Positions 1 through 13,243 are shown, numbered from the stretch's first letter. The stretch is DNA of 64,000 nt from Gnetum montanum (GCA_015680685.1 MNCI01001630.1:701028-765027); one strand, 5' to 3'. A program made the numbers and translations. Notes: generated by a model from the sequence alone, not told the origin.

Positions 1-1750
1 ATATTGCTCTTGAGGTTGAGATGACACTTCACATGGGTAATATTGTGGTGAGTGGAATTGTTACCGATAATTAGCTTGTGGATAAGGTAATCTCCTAGGT
101 GATTTCCTTTTTATTAATTTAAATTCTTTAAAGCAGATACCCTAGATTCTTATAGATGTGACACTATAGGAGAACATCCCTTGAGATGTTCATATTGACA
201 AATTTCATATTCTTCATCATCTATTTCTAAATTTGTAACCTCATCAACAACTCAGTCTTACCTTTCTTTTTGATAAGAATCCTTGCATGTATCCTTTCTC
301 CTTCTTCTATCTCTATCTCTATTTCCTTGTTCCATTTTCTCCTCCATAATTTTGAAAGCAGTTTGGAACTTATCATCTAAGAAGTCTCACATTTTGTCGA
401 TATTTCTATAATAGACTTTTGAATGGCAAATTTTTCCTTTTCACTACTTCATCTAGCAGTGCTTCCTTCTCCGAATCATAGAAATGTAATTCCCTTTTGT
501 GAATGGAAAGATCCTTGTTCTATTCGTCTACATTTTCTCACTTTTTAAGCTCTCCTTCTTTCTTTTCCACTTGATCAATTAGCCTTTGGATCCACTAGGC
601 TCTCATTTTTGAAAGTCTTCTTTGGACATAGACTCCAAGAGTTTTTCTAGTTTTGATTTGGAGCCCATCTACTATGTGGCAAAGTTACTCCCTTTGAGAA
701 AGTCCTTGGCCTAGGTATTAGTGTAAGAGAGAGCAATACTTGTCCAAAGTTGCATCCAAGGATTCATGATTGTCCTGTTTTAATCCTTGGATATTTTTCC
801 AAGGTTAGGCACCTTGAAGTACGTTTGATATTTATCATTGAACAATTCTAACATTGTACTCCATTTGAAAATGGACTAGCACCAACTATTAGCTTCTTTG
901 ATGAGTATTCTCAAGAATGGTATGAGCTTTTGCCACTCATTCTCAATTTTTTGCAAGACACAGACATCATGGAAGGCTTGTAAATGATGCAAATCAGCAT
1001 TTTACCCTCATTCAAATTTAGGAATATTATTCATGTTAAGTGATTTAATTTTTCTATCCTTTTGATAATTGGTAGGAATTCAAACTACTTTTGAAATATT
1101 AAGCATGTTTCTTGTAGTAAGAAATGGCTCATCATAGTTATTGTGTTCATGGTGGTCCCTATCATGGCCATGCCTTCTACGATGTGACCTACTATGCCTT
1201 TGTTCTTAATGATGCTCCTCTTCATCTTGTAGTTGACTATGCTCCCTTTTCCCATTACTACAATGGGATTTTCAATCATCTCCATCTTAGCCCTAATCAT
1301 TCCTTCTTTGGTCTTGGCCAAATTTCCTCTTGTTAAAGTTTGACAATGAGGATGATGATGAAGGTGGAGGACTAGGAGAGTGGTGCCTACTAGCCCTTCT
1401 TCTATGATTCTTTGATTTTTCTTTCTTCTTTTCTTTTTCTTTGTCTTTTGATTAATGACTAGGAGACCTTTGCCTTGAAGTTCTTCTAGTTTTGGACTTT
1501 GTCCTTCCCTCACCCTAGTTATTCTCTAAGATTGATTGCAACTATTGGTAAAGTATGTCTTTCTCACTGAAAGGAGGAGAATCTTGATGATGATATTACC
1601 TTGAGAAAAATTCGGGGTTCTCCTTTTATAATTGTAGAAATAATGATGTCGAGACCTTCTTGCCCTTGGAGGCTTCATAGTGTGCCTCCATGCATCAATC
1701 TTTTCAAAGATGAGCATCTGTTGGCTAATAGTCTCTAGAGGTATGGTCTA
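1..1750 (-). mobile_element. Decayed gag region of an Athila-like Gypsy element (same family as 4517-11118), running off the left edge
   Basis: Frameshifted HLQAFHDVCVLQKIENEWQKLI matches HLQAFQNACSLQNIENEWQKLK in ORF 8848-9315; EICQYEHLKGC near 170-210 matches CEIYQYDHPKGC near 8480-8520. Confidence 0.75.
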
Positions 1751-2751
1751 TTACCTCATACACTCAGTCGGATGATTCACTTTCCAGCTTTAAGAGATTG
1801 ATCATAAACATTGCAGGAACATACCAATTAGAAGGTAACAAAATGTTACCCTCCATATTTCTCCAGTGTAGCTCTTCATCCTAATGAAGAATGAAAGTGA
1901 AATTTGGGTAGTAGGAATCCAGATGAGCATAAACCACTCTTAGTTGATGAGGTTTTTCACTGATAGTCCTTTTGGTTCTATCATGCTACTGATTGGAATC
2001 ATTAACATGTGGTGGTGAATCATTCATATAAGAAGAAGTCATTTAGTTATTTTGATAAAATATGTCCTTATAGATTATAATAATAATTATTATTTTGTCT
2101 AAAAGATAATTCATTCTATTTTTTTACGAAAACTTTGGATGGATTCACTATTTAATAACATTCAGTGCACTTAGCTAAATCATTGCATCTCCTAAAAATA
2201 CCAACCATGATCTTGTGAATCCTTAAGAACTACTTTGAATAATTTGTCTTACATTGAGATATGCAAGCTATGAGTGCATGTAATGAATTGACATAAGGCT
2301 TTTACTTCTAAAGATAATAAATCACATTTACATAATAACATTGAGTATGGTGTTTGCATCTTCACCTTTAACTCATTAAGAAGAAAATCCTTTTGTACTC
2401 TTTCAATATCTTTTCAAAGTTTAGCACTGAGTCCATGTTGTCAAACAACACATTCATACAATAAGTAGGATAGATGATATACGAAAATTTTATTTTCTGA
2501 TATTTCAATCCCAAAGGCCTAAATCCTTGCACTTTTTTTTAAAAGCATATAGAGTCTTGAAACCTCTTACTATTTTTTATTTGATGCACTTTTACAACAT
2601 GTAATTGTTCTTATAAATAAGACCCAAATATTCAAAAGAATCTACTATTTGCACATTGGTAACTATAATATAAAAATGACTTGTTATAGAAAAAAAGTAG
2701 TATGAACAAAAGGAAAAGTAGGGAATATAGGGGGTTAGTTTGATGGGTATA

Positions 2752-3284
2752 TGTAGGAAAACATGCATTGTTGGTAGATCAAAGGCTATTTTCCTCTAGA
2801 ATGTGGATTGAAGAAGTATGAAGATCCTATATAGTTCCATGCTATATTAACCATCACCAAAGAACTACATTCGCCTTGATTCCATTGTGTACTATGTCAC
2901 AAAGATATGTAGGATTAAAAAGGACCTTTGGCATCAATGCTTGAACCACTATCCTTCTCTTTAGAGTGACATTTAGGACTAGATTCATTAGAGTATGATC
3001 ATGTATTAGCTCTTCTAGGAGAATGGTATCTCTTGTGTGGATACTTATGCTTATTGTCATCATATATATGTGTGTCATGTTAGTCCTATCACTTATATGA
3101 TTTCATAAGTTATGATTTCTATGCTTCTAATTTATGGAATAACATGTGATGTACACTTATGTTGTGCGTGTAGGTACTATGAATGTTGAGGTGTAGTTCA
3201 TATTGAGTCCAACTTGGGACACTTAGCTAGTTTTGGACTTAATGATGGTGCCAAATGATGCTTCTCCAAAGTAGTACCATTACA
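2752..3284 (+). repeat. 5' LTR of element 2752-14562
   Basis: Aligns end to end with 14028-14562; followed by PBS. Confidence 0.85.
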
Positions 3285-3547
3285 CTTGACATTAGAGCCA
3301 TGGTTTGTAGTTCAAGATTGGTGGTGGTTTGTGATCATGATTTTGTGTTTGTGAATCATGTGCTATTATGACACACAAAAAGAAGAGTAAAGGGAGCTAA
3401 AATCTTGGTAATACTTCTCTTGATCCTAATCCTCATAATGGACTAGTTGGAGATGGTAGTCGAGGGTAGTCATGTGCATGAGGAGGTGCATGATGATGTG
3501 GATGTGTATGAGGATGTGCACAAAAATAAGAATGTTGAAATGACTAG

Positions 3548-4350
3548 TGATAAGAAATTGGCATTCTCTATGCTCAACCATATGAATCACTAGTGTGTAT
3601 GTGCGATTCGATCAAATTCCATGAACTTATTTACCTAAGTGACCGATATTCCTAGATAGTGAATTATGCAATCATTATTTGTTGTCTTCCCAAACCACAC
3701 TTGTGTTAATCTATGCATATGGTTAAGTGTGGTTGAAGCATAAGATATTTGTTTTTATGCTTTTTATTATTTTCTCCTACTTGTTAAATGATTAAGTAAA
3801 TGAAGATTTAATATTTAAACTAACCAATAAATTAACTACTTAATTAACTAACTATCTTGACATGGAGTATTCATTCCCACTTTCTATACACATCCTAAAT
3901 GGATATTAATGTTGCTAGGTTACCAAGTGTTATATATATTATGCTCAAAGTATTTGTACTCACATTGCTTATAAGCAATAATATTAATTACTTAATAACA
4001 AGAAAGTAAATTGCATGTAAAGTAAATTGCTAGAAAGCAAAATTATGCTAGTCCAAGTGCTGCAGTGGATAGAAGAAATTTCAATTTTATTTCCATTCAT
4101 GCAAATGTGTCTAGGTATAGATGCACTCANCTCAACTTTATTTCCATTCATGCAAATGTGTCTAGGTATAGATGCACTCAAATAAAATGTCATATAATCA
4201 CTTGAATCCATGATGTGAGGGGTTTGTGCATTTATATAGGCAATGCTTACATCAGTGTCGACATACCTGCATCAATGCATCTTAGGATACATCTACAGGG
4301 ATACATCGATAGGCATGCATCAATACAACCATCTTATTGATGCTTCATCA
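3548..4350 (-). mobile_element. Older solo LTR related to the Athila-like LTRs of 4517-11118
   Basis: TGAT...ATCA termini, colinear similarity to 4517-5108 and 10438-11118, decayed TSD ACTAG/ATTGG. Confidence 0.65.
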
Positions 4351-4516
4351 ATTGGTGAGAGTAAAATTGATGAATCCCTTGAAAAGATGTAACAACTATG
4401 GGATCATTTGTTGTAAGTAGATTGCATCATGATGCGTAGTCTTCATGTGGTAGAAAAGGCTCATATGATCTAAGAGCTAGTCAATTTGATGCAAGCTCCT
4501 TTGCTTCCAAAGTTGG

Positions 4517-5108
4517 TGATGAGTGGCGAGGTACCCCTACACTCAACCATACGAATACAAGCGTTACACGTGCAATCCGGTCGAACTCCATAGACTAAGT
4601 GCCTACACGCCTCATGGAACACTTAAGGTTAATCATTCGTTGTCTTCCCAAACTTGTATTTATCATGGTTGTATGGTTAAGTAAGTCTGAGGTATATGAT
4701 TTTTATATCTTTTCTATTTTATCTCCTATGCTAATGAGGTGAAGGGTGAAGATACTAATTAACTAACTTTAACTAGCTAACTAAGCCTTAATTAACCTAG
4801 CATCAACATTCGTTCCCACTTACTGTTCACACCCTGAACCAATGCAACCTTGGTTACCAAACACTATTCGTTACTGGGATCACCAAGCGTAACACACATG
4901 CTCGAAGCGGTCGTACTAAATGCACTTAACTATGGGAGANCAATGCTAGAGTTTCTCTACAGTCTAGGCCTAGACTGAAAAATAAGGAAGAGCCACCTCT
5001 TATTTATAGATTTGGCAGCGGACCGCGATATCGTGTGGGATGCGATATCGCGGCTGATGCGATATCACGTATGTGATATTGTGGCCCATGTGATATCGCA
5101 TCCCATCA
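4517..5108 (-). repeat. 3' LTR of Athila-like element (N gap at 4940)
   Basis: Near-identical to 10438-11118 apart from the gap-associated missing segments. Confidence 0.9.
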
Positions 5109-7294
5109 TACCCCCATGAATAAATAAAAAATCATCCTCAAGTTCCTTACAAAATATTGGGAAGGTATGGGATTATTGACTGAAATGGAACTAATGGTGA
5201 ATGGGGTGACATGTGAACGGATCATCATTACAGAACAAGACAAAACTGGTGTTCACGACAACAAGAGTGAACACTTTATACATTTGACATTAGGCCTTAT
5301 TTGGCAATTGAGAGAGAAGAGAGAAAAGGGAAGAATTCTACTGCTGCTAATTCCAAGATTGCACCTTTTGTTGTCCATCCATAAGCGCGCCATTGATCTT
5401 GCTCCTTGCATAGCTGCTTTCAGCACTGCTCCATTCCAAGTGTTCCCTTTAGATCCAATCCATTGTTGCATGATTGTCATTTGCACATACAACACAATCT
5501 TTATATTAGCAAGGGTAAATGAATCATAATGCAATTGATACCTTGCTTCGATGAAAGGTCCATTGGCTGAGTTGTGGTATGGTTGATACAGATCTAGAGA
5601 TATCATAATGGTGACTACCAAAGGTGTAGGGGTTAGGAGAAAATCAAAAAAATCTGGGTTCAGACCCCCATGACTAAGAGTGAACCTCCGGTAGTGATAG
5701 AATGAAGAAAAAAAAAGAACAAGAAAGATGGAGAAAAAGAGACAACTATAACATTGATGAAATGGATGTCACGATGGAAATGAACAAAATAGGGTGGATT
5801 GCAAAAATGTTAAGGGAAAGAATTTAACTGGTGCACCAAATAGGAATGTTAGTGGGTCCTCCCCAAAGTAGGTTCATGCCCTTAATGCCTTGACTAATCC
5901 ACATTCAAAGAGTCCGTAGGCTCTAGGAATGTCATTTGGAACAAGAGTTAAAGTCTTAACCACAAGAATTTACCCACAAGAAAACAATGCGTCAACTAAA
6001 ATATAGGCTAATGATACAACCGGCAATGAGGTGAATAATGGAGAGAAGGATGGAGAGAAGAGAATGGAATGGAATCCCAAGAACAAGGTGGTGTACAACC
6101 CCTCGTGTATTTCATGGTTAATGTGACTTAGTAGATTCCATTCTAAGTCCAGCCTCAACAAACCACATCTAGTTACTTAGTAGATCCTCTTGAAGTAACA
6201 AGAATGTCTCCACCAAAGAGTCACTAACATTCTAACGAAGCGAAAGATGAGATAGGAAGCGAGGAAGGGCCTTAGTTAGAGGGAACATTTTTATTTTGAG
6301 TTTCATAACCAGTAATTGTAGCCCAAGGAATTATTTTGTCTAAGGGGTGTGCTTTGAATTCTCACTTTTTCTTTTTCTTCTCTTTTTTTTTAATATGTAT
6401 TTATACGTGAGAACCACAGCATGCAAAGACTTTGTTATTTTTATTAGCTCAGCTTCCCGATAATGGAGCAATGTTGGAATGGGAAGGAAAACTCAAGAAG
6501 AAAACATCCAAGCACCCAAGAGAATGGCCAACACAAATGCATCAAGTTCCCTTGAAGTCACACCCTTTTCAATCCTTGAGTCCTTCCTTAGTCTGAGAAA
6601 TACCCAGTCACTGGTTCATTTATAGTTCTTATTTAGAAAGGGGCTGTACATTTCCAAGCCAAGAGAGACCATAGAAATTTGTGGATGTATGGATGAAGTG
6701 GACTCATTGCCTGCTATATCAAAATAACCATACCTTAATATCAACATCATGACTTAAAGGTAAAAACCAAACATTAGCAACCAATAGAAAAAATAGTTCA
6801 TACCATCATTAAGAACACTTATTGGGTGACAAACTTACAAGATGGATAACACACACACAAAGAAATGAAAAAGGTATAAACGATGTTGTTAAACAAAAAC
6901 AAGAAAAGTTAAAGAAATTTGTAAAACAAAAATGTGTAAAACAAAAACATGTAAAATAAAAACTTAAAAGAACTGAGGGCCTCAAATGATTAGCATAGGT
7001 GGCCATCTCCCCCATGTTGAATGGAAAGGGAGAGAGCTGAAATAATGAATGCCTATTTAAATTTTTTAGAAGTGTCTAACTTCTCCCGATTGATGTTTTC
7101 AAGTTAAGGGTTGGAAGTTGGTGATGCTCATATTTCAATGTATCTATGCTTTCGTTATGGGTGCAAGTTGTTCCCTTAGTTCATTCCATGCATGTTGGTG
7201 GGCTACTCTCTTGATCAGCTATCAACCAATGGGTGTTCTGTTGTTGTGTGGTTGCTACATACATGCATCTTTGTATCTGTGTTTCTTGGGCACA

Positions 7295-7819
7295 CTAGTT
7301 GCATGCAGAAGATGCTAAGCATTCCTCCATGTCATCACCCTCAAAGTCACTGTATGTGATGCATGGAACTTTCTTCTTCTTGATCTTTCCATAAATGTTT
7401 ACCTTAGATATTTCCAAGGAAAGATCATGGATTCCTAGGCATGTGTCTATTGTACTTAGCCATGTCCTTCCCATTATAATTGGGAAGTCCCCTTTGTTGC
7501 TGTTGACTTCTATCACTAGGAAATCAACTGGGTATGACCAACCACACACAGTGGTAACGATGTCCTCCACCAATCCCAAGGCAATGGTGATGGACTGGTC
7601 AGCCAGCTCTAGTTGAATATTGCTCTTCTTAAGGGGAGGCAGGTTCCAAGCTTTATACATTTCGCGTGAGATTAAGTTAACTCCGGAACCTGAGTTAAGA
7701 AGAGCCTTATGAGTTTCATTCTCGGCGACTTGGAGGTAAATTAAGGGACTTCCAGGGTTAGAGAGTTTCTTGGGAAGGTGGCCTACCTTGATCCAGTTGG
7801 TAACGATATGTGTTAACAT
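7295..7819 (-). pseudogene. Athila-type retroviral aspartic protease, catalytic Asp replaced by Asn
   Basis: KALLNSGSGVNLI...LELADQS...GLVEDI...PVDFLVIE...PIIMGRTWL. Confidence 0.88.
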
Positions 7820-7899
7820 AATGTGTGTGTTAAGATCTGTTGTTGGTTTGAAGGGAGCTCCAAAGCCTTAATTGTTGGAGGAGCATACACAGACTCAAC

Positions 7900-9620
7900 C
7901 GCTTGTGGTTGTGAGAGCTTGTTTGGGCTTTTGGTTCTGAAGAAAGGTCTTCTCTTCTTGCGGTTGTCAGAACCAGCAGCAGGTTGAAGGTTTATAGCTC
8001 TCGTAGCATTACGTTGCTACAATTGAGTGGGGAGTTCCCCTTGCATTGTTGGAGCAAGAGGTAGAGGAACTACTAGCGTAAGAGTGGTGGATGGATTCAG
8101 AGGATGGTATGTATGTGGTGTGTCTCCCAGAGGAGAAGGAGTCATAAAATACTCTTGAACTTGGTAGTGACATTGTGGAGTTGCATGACCCATAGAGTCA
8201 CTTGGAGAAACCGACTGCTGCACGTAGTAGCCATATGGGTCTGGTTGCCGGTAAGGGTATTGTTGTCTAGGCGGTGGCATCCCCCATGACTGTGGATGTT
8301 GTCACTGTTGGTGTTGCCTGATAGGTTGTGGTGGAGTTCCACTTGGATAATATGTTAACGGTTGGTGGAACTGCCTCGGGTTACCTTGGGGATAAAGTAA
8401 CCTTCGGGGTGCCTACCGTCTGTTAAGTCTTGGGTTGAGTGCATACACCCCAAACTCTTGTAGATGTGAGATTATTGGGAAACATCCCTTAGGATGATCA
8501 TATTGGTAGATCTCACATCCACCATCATTGTTTGTATCCAAATCCACAACCTCATCAGCAATAGTCATTTTTCCCTTACCCTTGTCACATGCATGGCCTG
8601 AATCTCTCCACTTTTTCTTGTCATGGTTACTACTTCATTCCTCCTTAGACTCCTCTACGATTTTTAGGACAAGTTCAAGTCTACTATCTAAGGAGTTCTA
8701 TATCTCATCTACCTTAGCCACCACTTCCGTTGTTAGCTACTGAAGTAGCAAGGTTTTTCTATTCACCAACTCTTCGAGTGGTGACTCATCCTCTTCATCG
8801 TAGAATCTCACTCGCTTCTTTTGGATGGAAGGATTGTGGTTGTACTCTTACATGCTTTCTCTTTTTCGTAGCTCTGCTTCTTCTTTGGCTACTTTCTCAA
8901 ACAGTCTGTGAACTTCATGGGATCTAATTTTTGATAATCTCCCTTGGGAATATGTCCCAAGGGTTCTCCTGGTTTCATGTCTTAGCCCATCTACGAGGTG
9001 GCAAAGTTGATCCTNTTGGTATTTATCGTTAAATAATTCTAGCATTGTACTCCACCTCCTAATGGTTTTCAGCTCTAAGGACTGGTACCAACTCTCTGCT
9101 TCTTTTATGAGTGTCCTAGGAAACAACTTTAGTTTCTGCCACTCGTTTTCAATATTTTGCAAGGAGCAGGCATTTTGGAATGCCTGTAAGTGATTTTGCG
9201 GATTAGCATTGTATCCCCCTTTGAATCGTGGGATATTATTCATGTCTAGTCTCTTGATCCAACTATCTTTTTGATGCCTTGTAGGTATTCTCACTGCCTT
9301 CGTAATATCTAACATACTTCGGGTGGCAAGTAGGGGTTCATCATGATCATCTCTCTCATGACATCTATGATGCCTACGTGGTTTCCTACTTTCCCTTCTT
9401 CCATGCCTAGACTCTCTAGACTACCCTCATCCTCACTCTTGACTCTCTCATCGAGGTCTCTCATTTTTCTTACCCTTATCCTCGCTGTTATGCTCTTTGT
9501 GGCTACATCTTGATGTGGAAGGAGAGGGTGAATGATGTGATGAAGGAGAAGAAAAAGAAGAACCATCGCCATGACGATGTTTCTTACCTTCTCTTCAATG
9601 GCTATGGCCCCGATCGTGAT
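7900..9620 (-). pseudogene. Disrupted retrotransposon gag (Retrotrans_gag domain, Cys/His motif, Pro/Gln-rich tail)
   Basis: ORF 8848-9315 IPRFKGGYNANPQNHLQAF...LKLFPRTLIKEAESWYQSL...W. Confidence 0.85.
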
Positions 9621-10418
9621 GACGATNCCATCGATTGTTGAAGCAAGTAGCTAAAGAAGTAGAGGAGCTATAGAAAAGAGAAAGCACGGAAGAGTATAAC
9701 CGCGATCCTTCCCTCCGAAAGAAGGGAGTGAGATTCTGTGATGAAGAGGATGAGTCACCATTCGAAGAGTTGGTGAATAGAAAAACCTTGCTACTTTAGA
9801 AATTAACAACAGAAGTGTCGACTAAGGTAGATGAAATATGGAGCTCCTTAGATGCCAAAATTGAAATTGTCCTAAAAATCGTAGAGGAGTCTAAGGAGGA
9901 NATTAGCCCTTCAACAATGTATGGTGGCTCTCCTGCTGCGAGTCCCTTAAACGTTGCACTGCTATGGGATGGTAATCCCTTGTGTCAAAATCACCTACAA
10001 CGTATTCAGCATAGAGCTACGTCATACCTATCTGTGCAAGAGCACGAAGAAGCATGTTAGGGACTGCCCGATCTGGAGGTAACACTATGTTACCTTGCAA
10101 GTCTCTCCAATGCATATGTTCATCCTGATGGAGGATAAAAGTAAAATCAAGTATATACTCATCGTGATGAGTATATACCACCTAATACTGTTGAGGAACT
10201 AGCGATTCTCGGTTATGCATGTTAGACTGCTAACTATTTCTTGTATGATCCCTAGGTGGTGAAGTGCTCTTCTGAGAAGAAGAAGAAGACATTGTGTCTT
10301 ATTCTTTGTGCTGATTAACCATTATATAATTTTTCTTTTAATTAACCCTAAGGGTTCGTTTAAGCTCCCAACAATGTGGATAATTTCCTATGTTCTACTT
10401 AGCGCACAAAAAACTTAG

Positions 10419-10436
10419 TCCTTGGCAACGGCGCCA
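10419..10436 (-). promoter_or_regulatory. Primer-binding site TGGCGCCGTTGCCAAGGA (tRNA-Asp type typical of Athila)
   Basis: Immediately inside the 5' LTR. Confidence 0.85.
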
Positions 10437-10437
10437 A

Positions 10438-11118
10438 TGATGAGTGGCTAGGTACCCCTACACTCAACCATACGAATACGAGCGTTACATGCACGATCCA
10501 GTCGAACTTTGCAGACTAAGTGCCTACACGCCNCTCCTATGCTAATGAGGTGAAGGGTGAAGAGACTAATTAACTAACTTTAACTAACGAACTAAGCCTT
10601 AATTAACCTAGCATTAGCATCCGTTCCCACTTACCGTTCACACCCTGAACCAATGCATCTGTTACCAAACGTTATTCATTACTGGGATCACCAAGCGTAA
10701 CGCACGTGCTCGAAGCGGTTGTACTAAATGCACTTAACTATGGGAGAAGGGTTGAGAGAGATTTAATGAATTAATAAAGCATTTAAATGACAAACAATAA
10801 ATAAAAATAAGTAAATTCCTATCTAGCTTAGTCCATGCACTGCAAGGTTTATCCAAGAAGTTCGTCTTTATTTCCGTACACAAACTTGTGTTCAGGTACA
10901 ATATTTGCTCGAATAAAGATCCATTCACTTTGGAGCTCCTATTACGGGCACATGGAAATTATTCTATCTTTGGAGAGGTAAAACTGCTAGAGTTTCGCTA
11001 CGGTCTAGGCCTAGACTGAGAAACAAGGGAGAGGCGCCTCTTATTTATAGATTTGGCGGCGGACCGTGATATCACGTGGGATGTGATATCGTGGCTGATG
11101 CGATATCGTGTCCCATTA
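10438..11118 (-). repeat. 5' LTR of Athila-like element (N gap at 10533)
   Basis: Adjacent to PBS, matches 4517-5108; TATA (CTATAAATA on minus strand) at 11042-11050. Confidence 0.9.
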
Positions 11119-11802
11119 GTTGGGTTATAGCACTAAATACAAACTTGTGTTAACTTAAAACTTTATGTTGAGAAACTAGGTGAAGCAACTTGAAGATGTT
11201 ATCAATGATCTTTGGCTTGGAAACTAGGAGCTTTGAGATGAAAAATAGGAGCTACCATCATTACTAGAAACTCAATAGGACTTGTTTAAGAGCCAATAAA
11301 ATAATATTAAGGCCTTGAAAAAGAAATTAGTAAATAATATTGGGGTCATTATAGATTAGCTAGCTATGCAAGTAAGGGAACTGGCATCAAGATTGACCCG
11401 ATCAGTTTCCAAGTTTTAGGCAAAAGAATCAAAAATCTATGAGGGTGACAACAATGATGATATGATTGATACTTTTCTCTTTAAGTTAGACATGTTTCCT
11501 AAGATTTATAAATGTATCACAAAAACCAAGCTTGCATTGCTATCAAATTCTTAAATGGAATAGAAAAAACCTCATGGCTTGGCATTCTCAAAAGAGAGAG
11601 AGAGGGAATTGGGAGATCCATCAAGATTTGGGAAGAACTTAAGAAAGCCTTAATTGAGAACTTTCATCCAGGAACTTACTGACAAAGCCTAAGTGAAGCT
11701 AAAGGTAATTCGATACACAAGAGAACTAGAGGAGTATATTTAGGAATATCAAAACATCATCATACAAATCCCATCTATGGATGAAAATAACAAGTACAAA
11801 TT

Positions 11803-13243
11803 ATTTCTCAATGACCTTAACGTCAACTTAAAACTTGAAAAAATCACTAGATACAAAGAGGCCATCTAGGTTGCTTTTTAGCTGATTACAAGATGGGAAA
11901 GAAAGATAAGGATGTAGTGGAGCAGTTGCTCAAGAGCAAAAAAGAGAGTAATAAGTCTTGAAGAGGAGATGGACAAGTGAATTTTGGTGGATTTAGAGGC
12001 TCATATGCTGACCCAGTTCAAGGTAAACAAAACTCTTCCTTGAGATATGGAAAATATCAAACTTCTCAAGAGAAGAATGAGTCATGGAATAAATAATCAT
12101 TTTTTGGATGATTCTCTCAATATCCTTGGAGGCAACTAGGGTTAAAATGCTACATCTATGTTGGAGAGCATTATGCTCAATAATGCTCTCAAAATTGTCA
12201 ACTAGAAGTGTTGGTAATGAATTAGATGAGAATCATAGGTTGAATGCAATTGAGCATCAACCTCATGCTCTAGGTTATTTCTCAATGGCCTTAAACCTTA
12301 GGTTTAGCATGAACTTAAACTTGTAAAATTACTAGATACAAGAAGGCCATCTAGGTTGCTTGTAATTTAACTGAATACAAGATGGAAAAGAAAGATAAGG
12401 ATGCAAAGAAGAAGTTTCTCAAGAGCAAGAAAGAGAGTAATATGTCTTGGAGAAAAGATGGACAAGTGAATTCTAGTGAATTTAGAAGCTCATATGTTGA
12501 CCCAACTTAAGGTAAAAAAAAAATCATCCTTGAGATATGGAAAAGATCAAACTTCTTAAGAGAAGAATGAGTCATGGAATAAATAATCATTTTTTGGAAG
12601 ATTCTCTCAATATCCTTGGAGGAACCAAGGGTTAAAATGCTATATCTATGTTGGAGAGCATTATGCTCAAGAATGCTCTCAGAATCTTCAAACTAGAAGT
12701 GGTGGTAATGAACTAGATTATAATCATAGGTTCAATGTAGTTGAGCATTAGCCTCATGCTCTAGGTTGTTTCTCATTGGCCTTAAACCTTGGGTTTAGCA
12801 TGAACTTAAAACTTGCAAAATCACTGGATACAAGAAGACCATCCAAGTTGCTTGAAATTTATTTGATTACAAGATGGGAAAGAAAGATAAGGATGTAGTG
12901 AAGCATTTGCTAAAGAGTAAGAAAGCGAGTAATAAGTCTTGGAGAGAAGATGATGAAGTGAATTTTGGTGGATTTAGAGGCTCATATGTTGACCTAGCTC
13001 AAGATAAACAAAACTCTTCTTTGAGATATGAGAAATATCAAAATTCTCAAGAGAAGAATGAGTCATGGAATAAATAATCATTTTTTGGTTCTCTCAATCC
13101 TTTGACACCAAGGGTTAAAATGCTACATATATGGTCAAGAGCATTATTTTCAAGAATGCTCTTAGAATCTTCAACCTAGAAGTGGTGGTAATGGACTAGA
13201 TGAAAATCATAGGTTGAATGTAGTTGAGCATTAGCCTCATTCT
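11803..13243 (+). repeat. Three tandem copies (~475-490 bp) of the gag C-terminus including a decayed CCHC zinc knuckle
   Basis: Units start near 11803, 12277 and 12768 (tttctcaatgaccttaa...); each has aaatgcta(c/t)at.tatg..ggagagcattat (KCYI..GEHY..C). Confidence 0.88.

Larger units (their letters stand above)
4517..11118 (-). mobile_element. Athila-like non-autonomous LTR retrotransposon: gag + aspartic protease, no RT/RH/INT, extra ORF region before the 3' LTR
   Basis: LTRs 4517-5108 and 10438-11118, perfect TSD GTTGG (4512-4516, 11119-11123), PBS TGGCGCCGTTGCC, gag and protease ORFs. Confidence 0.9.

Noticed and set aside
4084-4180. Exact ~45-bp tandem duplication
   Set aside because: Straddles the N at 4130; typical unmerged contig overlap.
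4940-4940. Large reciprocal indels between the two Athila-like LTRs
   Set aside because: They coincide with N gaps (4940, 10533), so this is missing sequence rather than biology.
9628-9900. Inverted, diverged copy of gag segment ~8640-8910 inside the same element (potential hairpin/siRNA source)
   Set aside because: Bounded exactly by N gap markers at 9627 and 9901; most likely a mis-oriented contig from another family member. Long reads would be needed to rescue it.
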